A stretch of 63,686 nucleotides of DNA, the filler included, from Lenisia limosa (taxonomy: Eukaryota; Protista; Breviatea), in assembly GCA_001655205.1 (NCBI GenBank). It is 11 parts of 11 records of this genome, joined end to end, with 100 filler letters (N's around TTAATTAATTAA, not from the genome) between each part and the next. Parts side by side here need not be neighbours in the genome. Positions count along the whole stretch, not along the records: positions 1 to 17,416 come from LPNZ01010282.1; positions 17,517 to 22,573 come from LPNZ01001956.1; positions 22,674 to 28,760 come from LPNZ01004041.1; positions 28,861 to 31,796 come from LPNZ01007655.1; 7 more parts are not named here. One strand, written 5' to 3'. The notes beneath the pieces are model-generated. The model did not search any database, had not been told where the DNA came from, and was given only the letters and a program-made list of their open reading frames with translations. A program made the position numbers and the translations under genes. This document shows, in pieces, positions 13,646 through 28,910 of the stretch; the stretch's first letter is position 1; every line of letters begins with the position of its first letter.

Positions 13646-14146
13646 CCATAATCACCACCCATCCTGCTATATCATCTAAAGCCTGCTTCGTTTTTTATTC
13701 TACAAACTTTTCTTGTTTCAATGTACCATATCATATGTGCCATCCCAAGGCCGTGTAACAAATTTTCAAACGTGTTTGCTAAATGCAAGTGACATATTCA
13801 TATCATAGTCTTTCCAAAATTGGCACGTCCACAGTGTCGTCACAAGCACATTCAAATTTCATCATATTTGCATCACATCGCCACACCCGCCGCAGGTACC
13901 AAACCAACCAAAAAAAAAATATTGTGAAAATATATGAATATATTAGTTTAGCGAGTGACTTGCCAACCTGCTAAGTGTGGGACAACGATTGCACGTTTCC
14001 GGAAGGAAGAATCCCCTTAAGACCCGGAACCAACCCTCGATACAAGGGCTCTCCTGTCCCTCTTTACACGCGATATGTAGCACAAATAAGAACGAAATCT
14101 TCTTGGCTTGTTCTTTTGTCTTCTATCGAGCTCCCACCATCGAGCA

Positions 14147-17100
14147 ATGATAGGGTCAAATCTCGGATTCGTGCTCCCAATTATCCTGTTTGTCTTCAGC
14201 TTCCAATGGTATTTCGGCAAAATAAATTTTTGCAACATTATGATCAACGGGTTGCGTTTATATTGCTCTAACCTGGTAGCTACGCATCGACCTTCGAATG
14301 CGTCTCGGAACTACTTCTCCTTTCCGCTAAGACGCAGAAGGCGCATGTCAGGCTTATTGACTGTGCATCCACAAAAGCTCTTTCGGTATGTGGTTATATT
14401 GTCTTGTTGACTTGAAACAATATTACTCCGAGCGTTGATCTTGAATTTGGGACGTGCATCAAAGGAAGAAAAGTGCAATTAAACATTTTTCAGTAATTTA
14501 AAAATATTCTAGTTTCATGTTACAACCTTTCAGACTATTGCCATTTGAGAGTTTTTCTGTCAAATATCTTGTGTTATAACAAATGGAGATTTTTTCAACT
14601 CAAAGGACATAGTTTCTTGGACATTTTATTGTAATTTCTTTCTTAGGCATTTGCTGGGAAAGTTCAGCCACTTACAGGCCCATCAACCCCAAATACATGT
14701 ACAGGGGACAGGTCAACTAAAAGTTTATTTTATTCTGAATGGAAGNNNNNNNNNNNNNNNNNNNNNNNNNNNNNNNNNNNNNNNNNNNNNNNNNNNNNNN
14801 NNNNNNNNNNNNNNNNNNNNNNNNNNNNGTCATATAATATATTGGGAGTATTGTGTAATGTTGTGCTATTGAGAATATCCCTTTAAATAATTGTAAATGG
14901 GCAGAGATAATTTAAATTCAAATATAACATATCATATGATATAGTACCATCATTTTTATTACTGATTTGATAAACTGGCTACATATTCAAATTAGATATC
15001 TGAATTCTTCTCATGATTATCCGAACCTAAGTAAAACCACTTAATTGGCTTTAGTGCGAATGGACACACGAGGTATTGAGTTCAGCAATAACCCTTTCTC
15101 CATCACTGACGTCAAAGCCACTGTTGATGGAACAGTATGGCAAAGGGCTTTGCTGTGGTCTTCTCAAGACTAATTTCTCAATGCATTATAAATTATCTTT
15201 TTTAGACTATTGGGAAGTCATTATATGTATATGGAAGCGAAAAAGCCTAAACATTTCCAGGCTTTTTTTACTGATGTGACCACTCATACCCTAGGTTCTC
15301 AGCAGCCCAATCAATGGATACTTTATTGAGTTCCCCAGCCTGACGATTGACACCCTGTACGACATTGAGATGGAGGTCTGGGGTGATGTTCATTGTGGAC
15401 CTTCCATTTGCCCCAGTGACAGAATGGGAAATCAATGACTTGTGTTGTGTGCGTCTTTTTTCGGACTGAAAAGAGGAGAATAAATCAGCGGTGATTAGTT
15501 TTCCCTTTTGTAGCCATATCTAGGTGTAGTTGCAGGATTATATTTTATTGGATCAAAATTCAGTTCTTGACCTCAGAAAACTGGCTGACAATCCGAGGTG
15601 ACATTCACCATCCTCCCCTAGGTCTCAGATCAAGAATACACGCTCTTCTTCAACTTCTCCGCCCTGACTTGCCCTGATGCGAGCATTGCCGAGTGCAATG
15701 GGAATACGGGACAGGCTACGAAGGTTGAAGGGTGGTGTTGGCTGGGTTTTTGTGCTAATGTTTTTGGAGCACATGTTGTGAAAGCCAATACACAAATCTT
15801 TTCTTCGTGAAGCCCTCAACTATTAGTTTCTCTTCAGTTTAATATTGTAATTATGAGAGTTTATCGAGAAACAGCGTTCGAATGGAAGTGCTTCAATTTT
15901 TTAATCATCACAGTGTGTGGATTCACACTATCTCAACAGTAGTGGAGGATGCTCTTCTTGTGTCGCGTTGAACCGGTGTGCAGTGTGTCCTTTGTGATGG
16001 GCTTGGCTTTTTTTTTCGTTGTAAACTGTTATGGTAAGAGGTTTGAGAGTCATCGTTCAGGGAAAGCAACACAGGGATGTTGACATGCGGCCAATGCAAG
16101 ATGGGCTACTTCTCTACAACCGGAAATGTTGATGCCATTGACTATTGTAACGGTAGGGTGGTTCTTTATACATCATATCTATTACTATGTAGGGTATTAG
16201 AATATCATATGATACCCATGATAACACTGTCAGTTTTGACGAAATTTAATCTTTTGTTGCTCTTTACCCCCATGATATTGTGACACGTACAGCTTGTTCA
16301 ATTCGCACTTCTACACAGTACCGCATTTCGTCATGCTCGTCAACAGAAGATGCGGTATTCTCTGGTATGTAGTCCATCCGTCACTTTTGGTCGAAATGAA
16401 TCAGCCGTTATCGAATCAGTATTTGCATTTTTTTACTTGTAAAGAAAAAACAAAATTTTCTTTTCACAGTTATTCTTCCGCATCATCCACTTACAATTAC
16501 AGAATGTCTAAACAGTTGCTCCAGTGGCTCATATCTTTACGGATCGTGCACTTTGACAAATAACCCTTATTGCCGAGGTTGGGAAAATATGCAATGCTGC
16601 AGAAGCGACTAACCTGGGTTTTGTTATGTTGTTATCGTGTTGTCAGCTAATAGAATTGATTTGAGCTTTTTTGTTTCAAAAATTTTCCTGTTTTACTCCT
16701 AGCATGCACCACATCCTGTCCTTCAGGCAAGTACCTTACTGGCACATGTGGAGGTACCAGCAACAAATACTGTGCAAGTAAGCGAGGATTACATTTCGCT
16801 AAGGTTCATGCCTGTGTACATTTCTGAAAACCAGTTGTTTGTCCTGAGTGTTACACGCCATTTGTTAGTTTCTCAACCCTCGTGTGTGCGTTTTTTTTTA
16901 CTATTTTACCTTCCCCCCCCCCCCCNNNNNNNNNNNNNNNNNNNNNNNNNNNNNNNNNNNNNNNNNNNNNNNNNNNNNNNNNNNNNNNNNNNNNNNNNNN
17001 NNNNNNNNNNNNNNNNNNNNNNNNNNNNNNNNAGCAACAAATACTGTGCAGGTAAGCCGCGTAAACCAAACCCTGGGATTACGAACTACCGGGGGAGAGT

Positions 17101-17221
17101 TGAAATATAATGAGAACACACCCAATAGGAAGAAATAACTTCCCAGTATGTACCTCATCTTGCCCCTCTGGTCAGTATTTGAGTGGCACCTGCAGTGGCA
17201 GCAATAACCCCACTTGCAATG
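14147..17221 (+). CDS. Secreted or surface Cys-rich protein (signal peptide, FN3-like segment, TNFR-like Cys repeats); 3' end missing
   Basis: Hydrophobic N-terminus MIGSNLGFVLPIILFVFSFQ splices in phase to CYASTFECVSE; FN3-like exon ...FPSLTIDTLYDIEMEVW (~15295-15390); repeated 25-aa exons CxxSCxSGxYLxGxCxxxxNxxC at 16503-16577, 16703-16777, (gap)-17051 and 17147-17221. Confidence 0.6.
16578..16702 (+). mobile_element. Family A introner-like cassette forming essentially a whole 125-nt intron
   Basis: GTTGGGAAAATATGCAATGCTGCAGAAGCGACTAACCTGGGTTTTG...GTTGTCAGCTAATAGAATTGATTTGAGCTTTTTTGTTTCAAAAATTTTCCTGTTTTACTCCTAG matches the family consensus from GT to AG. A second partial copy lies at ~16868-16925. 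Confidence 0.7.
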
Positions 17222-17460
17222 GTAGGAAGGGGGTATGAATTGATAACCGTTCATTTTGCATGTGTACAGAGTTGTAAGACCGATTGTGTGAATGTTGTAT
17301 AATTCAATACCCTACTATATTCTTATTTTTGGACAATAATTGAATAATTGTGTGAGCATGAAGATTTTACCGATTGCCTCATTACTATGTATTGTATTCT
17401 GTCACCCCCCCCCCCCNNNNNNNNNNNNNNNNNNNNNNNNNNNNNNNNNNNNNNNNNNNN

Positions 17461-17472
17461 TTAATTAATTAA
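17461..17472. other. Artificial contig linker TTAATTAATTAA within Ns (one of 10)
   Basis: Identical 12-mer with stops in all six frames, embedded in a 100-nt N block, at 17461, 22618, 28805, 31841, 46443, 51516, 57385, 59838, 61100 and 62509. Confidence 0.95.
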
Positions 17473-17516
17473 NNNNNNNNNNNNNNNNNNNNNNNNNNNN
17501 NNNNNNNNNNNNNNNN

Positions 17517-22573
<5,057 letters not shown>

Positions 22574-22789
22574 NNNNNNNNNNNNNNNNNNNNNNNNNNN
22601 NNNNNNNNNNNNNNNNNTTAATTAATTAANNNNNNNNNNNNNNNNNNNNNNNNNNNNNNNNNNNNNNNNNNNNATTTTTTAAAAAGTGGACACGGTCATG
22701 TCCCTGGACACGGTCATGTCCCCCCACCTATGTGCTGAATCAAGACAACGGAAAAATACACATGACAAGAAGTTTATATGGACAAATAC

Positions 22790-25520
22790 ATACCACAAGG
22801 GGTCGTGAAAATTTGCAGACTCCATTTTCCACAATTGTACTGTCAGTATCGGCCTCGGAGTACGTGAAAGTCTGATCTTCCTACGACGAGTGAATATGCA
22901 AGACATGTGATCATAAAGAAATTAACCAAAATAAATTTAATGAAAAAAGGAAGGAAAAAGAAAAGGAAAGAATAGACAAAAAAGAAAAGAGTCAAAAGAA
23001 ACGGCTGTCTAATTGGTAAGATGGTCAAGACATATGATATATTATAGAATCATTACTGTGGTAAATTGGCCAATATAATCATATTGTATAATAAATATGT
23101 ATTGATCAACTATTTATTGCCATTATTTAAATTATAATGAAGCTGTTTTAACTAGTCTTACTTGCGCTCCATAATACTTGAATTTAACTACCTTGCTATC
23201 ACTACGGCGCATCGACTTGGAACTTGTAAAAATGATAGAATTCCCATATTTTACATGGAAATCCCATGAAATTGTTTGGAAATACAAAGAAATTTATGAG
23301 ATTGCCAAATACCACATGGGAATTTCAAGTCGATGCGCCGAAGTGGTATATTGCATGAACTTGTTATACCTTTAATAGTGATACATTTAACCTTCTTGTT
23401 CATCAAAAAGTACTCTTATCAGAAAACGTCTAGAACCACCCAAACAGTGGGACCGTAGAAGTCAAATGTTGTGCAGTCAACCTCGACACCATTCAGCTAA
23501 AAATGTGACTGCTGTAATTAATTGTGAAAATTGTTGCGGGATATATTATAGTTTAAGTTCACATATTATGCTTGTATTTGACGGTGAAATGAATTACGTA
23601 ACTAATTACTACTTATTAATACACTATTATATTGATACAACAGGTGTAAACAATTTTGACCCAGAATATTGTGACTTGGCAAAAATGTTACCGCTGCAAT
23701 TAATTAAGATAATTATTTGAACATTTGAAATGAATCAATTATTCTGTAACCAACCAAGCCGATCATAACACACTGGTTTGATTTGATAACTCTTGCGACT
23801 TAAAATTGTATATTTTATTCCGGCGAGATAATAACTGCTCCGCCCCTCAATCTCACCTCCTCATCCACCACCTCCCGATTTATATCCCCTCTCTTTAACC
23901 AGGGCTTCATTTCGGTTCAAAAAAGACCGGTAAAATATTGATAGTTTTCGATGATTTATCAAGAAATTCAGTCTTTTTTCAAACCGAAGTTAAGCCTACC
24001 CTCAACAAAAACGCCTATCACCTTCAACCTAATTACTCTTCTCCCTTTACATTCCTCCTTCACCCCCAATTTCATTCCCTCCCCCCAACCTTACAAACAT
24101 CGGGTTCGAAGTTCAAAACTTGGCCGGTGATCTGAACACTGATGAGAAAAAACGGTCAAAATGTTGGCATAGGGGTGGAGTGATTGTTCCAAAAAAGACC
24201 GCCTTTCTCGATAAATCCTCAATGAACAATACTTAAACGGTCTTGTTCGGAAGGTAAGAAAGCTCTATTTGTTTTTTAATAACATTACCTGGGTCCAAAG
24301 AGCGTAAAAGGGCAGGATAACCAGGATGGCGAGAATATACCCTGGGGATGTGATAAAATAGGTTTGCGGGGGATATAATACTATAATATATTATCACATA
24401 ACTATGTCCAATGATCAACAACTATATGCTGGTGAGGCACACATAATGCTATGTGCAGAGTTGTTAGGCAACTGATTGGGTGAATTAAAATTTTTCTATA
24501 ATCCAATATCTCTTATAAGCTGTGGACGGTTTCGGCCAGATACAACTTTATTTATATGTCCAATTATCTACCATTGTAAATATGTAAAGCATTAATCTGA
24601 TAATGTATGATGGATTTTTTTATATGACATGATATAATTTTTCTTATCCATCCGTAACCTTATCACACTTCAAATAGTCTCCCCAATTTCTGAAAAAAGC
24701 CCTCTCTCCATGTCTCATAAAATCCCTTCTCCCCCCAATTTCTGAAACAGTTCAGACAATACCTCCACCAACCAAGGAGTTGTACGAACTTTCTGTGATC
24801 CTGATACGTCTTATGACCGCCTTTCAGGCCAAATCCCTGGGATTGTTATTAGGGCTTCACTTCATTCCAAGCAGAGTGAAGTATCGATATTTTTTGGTGA
24901 ATTATCAAGAAATTGTCTTTTTTGGTCATTTTAAGTGACGCCAGTTATTTTTATGCCTTAGTGACGCCAGGGATGTGTAGTATTTGAGAAGAGAATAATT
25001 TTATTTTTGGTTGTGTGGGATGGTTATGTAGGAGTAATATGACATATGACCGACTTTTGAATCGAAAAATAGACACGAGGGTTTATCGAAGCGTATCAAA
25101 GTATCATTGAAACTTGCTGGGGGGTAAGGATTCACGGGTTAAGACAATAGTTGACAAAATTAAAAACTAATGTGTTAAATTACACTATGTTGTACTTCAG
25201 ATTTTGAAAGTCGTTTTTACAATCTAACTTGTACCGAGCTCAAGTTACATTGCGGGTTATGTTATAGGAGATAGGGTCATATTGGGGGAGGGTACGGTAA
25301 CTATGCAATACAAGCTCCCACTTTCCAGAAATCTTCACTGCGGCGCATCGAGTTGGGATTCCCTTGTATTTTTTCGGAATTACAAAAATTTCTTCCAATT
25401 TTCATAAAATTGCAGGATTCCCATGTAAACTGAAGCCTTCCCCGAAACCTTGATGAAAATGTCCCATAGCCACAGCTTTGTCAGGAGTCCGGATTTTTGA
25501 CGAAGTGAAGGGGACGCCCA
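22790..25520 (-). CDS. Hypothetical protein fragments
   Basis: Scattered GT-AG exons such as EDQTFTYSEADTDSTIVENGVCKFSRPLV, LNGVEVDCTTFDFYGPTVW, VQITGQVLNFEPDV, VLGVPFTSSKIRTPDKAVAMGHFHQ; no family recognised. Confidence 0.35.
23200..23345. mobile_element. MITE with 20-bp TIRs beginning CACT (family D)
   Basis: CACTACGGCGCATCGACTTG ... CAAGTCGATGCGCCGAAGTG (19/20 inverted match); partial copies at ~25336 and ~35481. Confidence 0.7.
23900..23998. mobile_element. hAT-type MITE (family B), degenerate TSD
   Basis: CAGGGCTTCATTTCGGTTC...AAACCGAAGTTAAGCCTA; flanks TCTTTAAC and CCCTCAAC match 5/8. Confidence 0.7.
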
Positions 25521-25916
25521 ATACCTAAATAGGTGAAAGGGGTGTATCTAAATGCGATATATATTATATCAATAAATATACCTCAATTTTGTCACTTTCC
25601 TCCATTTTACATAGTATTTTGATTAATGCATAATATGCACTATATCAGATATAATACCCCTTTCACCTACTCAGGTACTGGGCTTCATAATATCTTATAT
25701 GTTTATATATCGATATATACATGTATAGTTGAATACGAAGCGAAAATATGCCAATATGGCTACGGTTGACACCAGAAGTACAAAAAAAGAAAGCAAAACA
25801 GCCAGTACGTCCCACTCACTTTGTTAACCCGGACTTAGCTAGCCCAAGAGTTGGGACGGCTGGCATTCCGATTGCAGGGACCATGACTGTTTCTGGGGGG
25901 AGTAAAACGAAGGATA

Positions 25917-28565
25917 TTGATTGGGCTGAAAGAAGGCAGTTTTCAAGAGGATTTGGGAAGGGCGAAACAAATCGTGTCAGGACAAATCGCGGTCATTGTA
26001 GCTCCCGTTCTTTCGTTTTGCCTTACTTATTCAGATGAGGATGGGGCTCCAAGCGGAGTGCAGTATGATGTTGAAGGTAAGGAGGTGAGCTTCCAGTTTA
26101 CTAGTTTCACTCTACGGGTTGGCGATCCTGTATTCTACAACTATTGTTAACTATTCTATTTATATCAATATTTATATCTGTTATATATTGAAAATTTGAA
26201 AATACTGAAAACGGATATCTTTCCTAATTGGGAAAGACAGAAACATATTACCACCACATGTTACTATGTATATAATGCCCAGAGAAATTTTACAAAACGA
26301 GGCATATGTGAAGATATTTGTAGTGTGTGAAATTTTTGAACAATAATACAACACGAATTAAAGAACTGAAAGCGGATTCAAGAAGCTATACCCCCAGATC
26401 GGGGTGATTCCCTTTTTCCAATGACTTCGCTCGTGGAGCAGCGCTCCTTCGACTTCTCCGGTGCTCTTAACAGCCTTTCTTCAAATCTAACGCTTTTAGA
26501 TAGCAGCGCCTCCCGAATCTCCTCTCAATCAAGGTACTTCGTCGATCTTGTTCGCTGACCTGTTTAGTTCGTCTTTTATTGTCGGCTGTCGCGATGGCAA
26601 GGTAATCGTCAGCAACGACTCTGGTACTGTCGAAGGACGATTTGGCACGGAGTTGGTTGATGGAGTGTCCGTTTCTTTCAATGGGCACTCTCTGTACGTG
26701 ATCACGTCTCCCTCATCTGTAGATCTCTACGATGTCGAGCGAACGCCGTATAAAGTTGGCTTTCTGGGTTTGATTATTTATTGTTGGGTAGCTCTCCAGT
26801 AAATCAGTTGCTTTGCTTATTTATAAGATGTTAGGATTAACAATAAAACAAACACACGAATGAAAAATGACTATCCCAACTTCCCGAGAGCACTCCCCTA
26901 TCATCATTTATCACAATAATTTATTGGTTGTTTAAGCCAGGGAGTCAAGTAGGATAATTATTATAGTATAAAAAACTACTAGGCAAACTACTTCACATTT
27001 TCACACAATCTTGTTTTTGAAATGCTATTGTTTCATTTATTATTAACACCATATCTCTTTGAAGCGTGATTGGTGTGAACGGCTTTGATCAGATATACTA
27101 TAAACTATAATCCAATATTATAAATGTGATGGTGTGAACGGCTTCGGCCAGATACTATAATCCAATATCTCTTATAAGCATGAAGGTGTGGACTGGCTTC
27201 GGCCAGATATTATTATTCCTATGTCTCTTTCAGCGTGATGGTGTATTATATTCACTCCAATATCCTTTATAAACGGGACATTGTGGATGGCTTTGGCCAG
27301 ATACTCCCCTTTCACATCTAATTCCAGCTGATCATATGATCGAAATTTCTCAAACCAAGCAAAATAACCTGATATCAGAAGCTGCTTTCAGCACCTGTGG
27401 AGGCCGCGACCGCCCTAGCCGCCCGCGTATGCTCCGGATCTTTGATCATAGCCGTCGGATTGGAAGATGGCCGCATTTCATCGGCCCGGCTTGATGAAGG
27501 GATGTCGTCGTTAGTTCTCAGGCCGGCGGCGACTGAAGATGGACCGATCTCTGATCTCGTTCTCCTCGATTCTGGGAAATGTTTTGTGGCGTCTGCGTCG
27601 CGTGCAGTTATGTTCCGAGCCGATACGGCCGGGCCTACCACCCAGGTGAAAGGGGGGTATAATTTGTAAGTGAATTGTCATAGGAGTGGATATGCGGTAT
27701 CATATCACTGCGTGGAAAATCAAAAAACAGTTATGATAGTTTCACCCGTGTGGAAATGATCCAAAAACAGTTAGAGCATTAAGAAAAACATGAACAAAAA
27801 AAGTACTTGGCAGCATTGATTTGGAAATATTGGAAGTGAAATAGCTTGATAAAGTTACTAACCCTCAGTGGCCAATTGCCAGTTTTCCTCGAATATATTA
27901 CATCCAAAAAAGCTGGCTCTCTCAAATTGATATAATATATACAATTCATAGTATTATTATTTAAATTCAATTCATAATATTATTATTTTTTAAATGGGGT
28001 TGTGACTGGTCACAGCTTGTATTTCAATTTTTTTAGATGATTTTATGGAAAATATTACCATCCTGTGACTGATCAGTTTCTACTATCTGAGACAACCCGC
28101 AATCCTTTTTTATATCAAGAATAACAGATCTCTAGATCGGATCAAAAGGACGCTCCGGGCGCTACGCCGCCGCAATTTCTTCCGATAGTTCCCTCACCGT
28201 CGTCTCCCGTCCGAACCAACGAGTCTGGATCATAGATCCCTCTTCCGACACCGATGACGTCACCGTTTTATCCACTGTCAACTTCAAACCGTCATTCACA
28301 TCCTGTCCCATCACGGCTCTCGGAACTATTCTGCCGGCTTCCCCGGGAACCCTGGCCCCCCCGATTCCCGGCGCGTGGGAACCCTTTAAAATCCGGGTTC
28401 TGGAGCCTCCGTATTTTGCTGCGTTATGTTCGGATAAGTCCGGCGGCAATCGTCTGGCTGTTTTGGATGGAGAGGGCGCCGCTGTAATTGGTTTTCACGG
28501 ATGCACGGATGGAGAGATTTTGGATTTCGACGCTGTTGGCAGAAATGTCTTTGTTTTGCTTTCAG
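25917..28565 (+). CDS. HPS5/TECPR2-like WD40 beta-propeller protein, partial
   Basis: WD-like exons (SSFIVGCRDGKVIV; LIIAVGLEDGRIS) and IGSKGRSGRYAAAISSDSSLTVVSRPNQRVWIIDP...VLSTVNFK (~28137-28290), which resembles the HPS5/TECPR2 motif IGxKxRxGxYGA...ARPGxRxW...VxxTxxFK; ends ILDFDAVGRNVFVLLS. The 5' boundary is uncertain. Confidence 0.55.
27045..27304 (+). repeat. Family C: ~55-nt unit with GGC-TTCG-GCC hairpin, tandem array x5 plus dispersed copies
   Basis: Unit TACTATAATCCAATATCTCTTATAAGCGTGATGGTGTGGACGGCTTCGGCCAGA; dispersed copies at ~24496, ~28605, ~29213, ~31520 (minus) and ~59108. Confidence 0.8.
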
Positions 28566-28691
28566 GTTAGTTGTTTTGTTTTGAGGGAATTATGTGTTCT
28601 CTTATCAATATGTTATAATATAAATGATGCTGTGGACGGCTTCAACTAGAATCAATCTAATTATTTTCATATTTTATTATCATATCCCGTT

Positions 28692-28760
28692 GGAGTGATG
28701 GAATGCCGTGCTGCAGAAGCAACTGGCCTGGGCGTTGTTTGTTTTGTTGTTATCGACCCT
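28692..28760 (+). mobile_element. Family A cassette, 5' part (cut by gap)
   Basis: GGAGTGATGGAATGCCGTGCTGCAGAAGCAACTGGCCTGGGCGTTG, in the sense orientation of the plus-strand host. Confidence 0.7.
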
Positions 28761-28910
28761 NNNNNNNNNNNNNNNNNNNNNNNNNNNNNNNNNNNNNNNN
28801 NNNNTTAATTAATTAANNNNNNNNNNNNNNNNNNNNNNNNNNNNNNNNNNNNNNNNNNNNACTCCCACATACACACACATAGATATATTTTACATATGAT
28901 ACTAATATAC

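Noticed and set aside
13408-13662. Minus-strand 84-aa ORF as a separate gene
   Set aside because: The plus strand has a good acceptor (CTCACCCCTTTCAG) and reads as the RhoGEF terminal exon ending PVEEAA*.
27045-27304. CRISPR-like array
   Set aside because: Units are degenerate head-to-tail repeats without unique constant-length spacers, inside a eukaryotic intron, with no cas genes.
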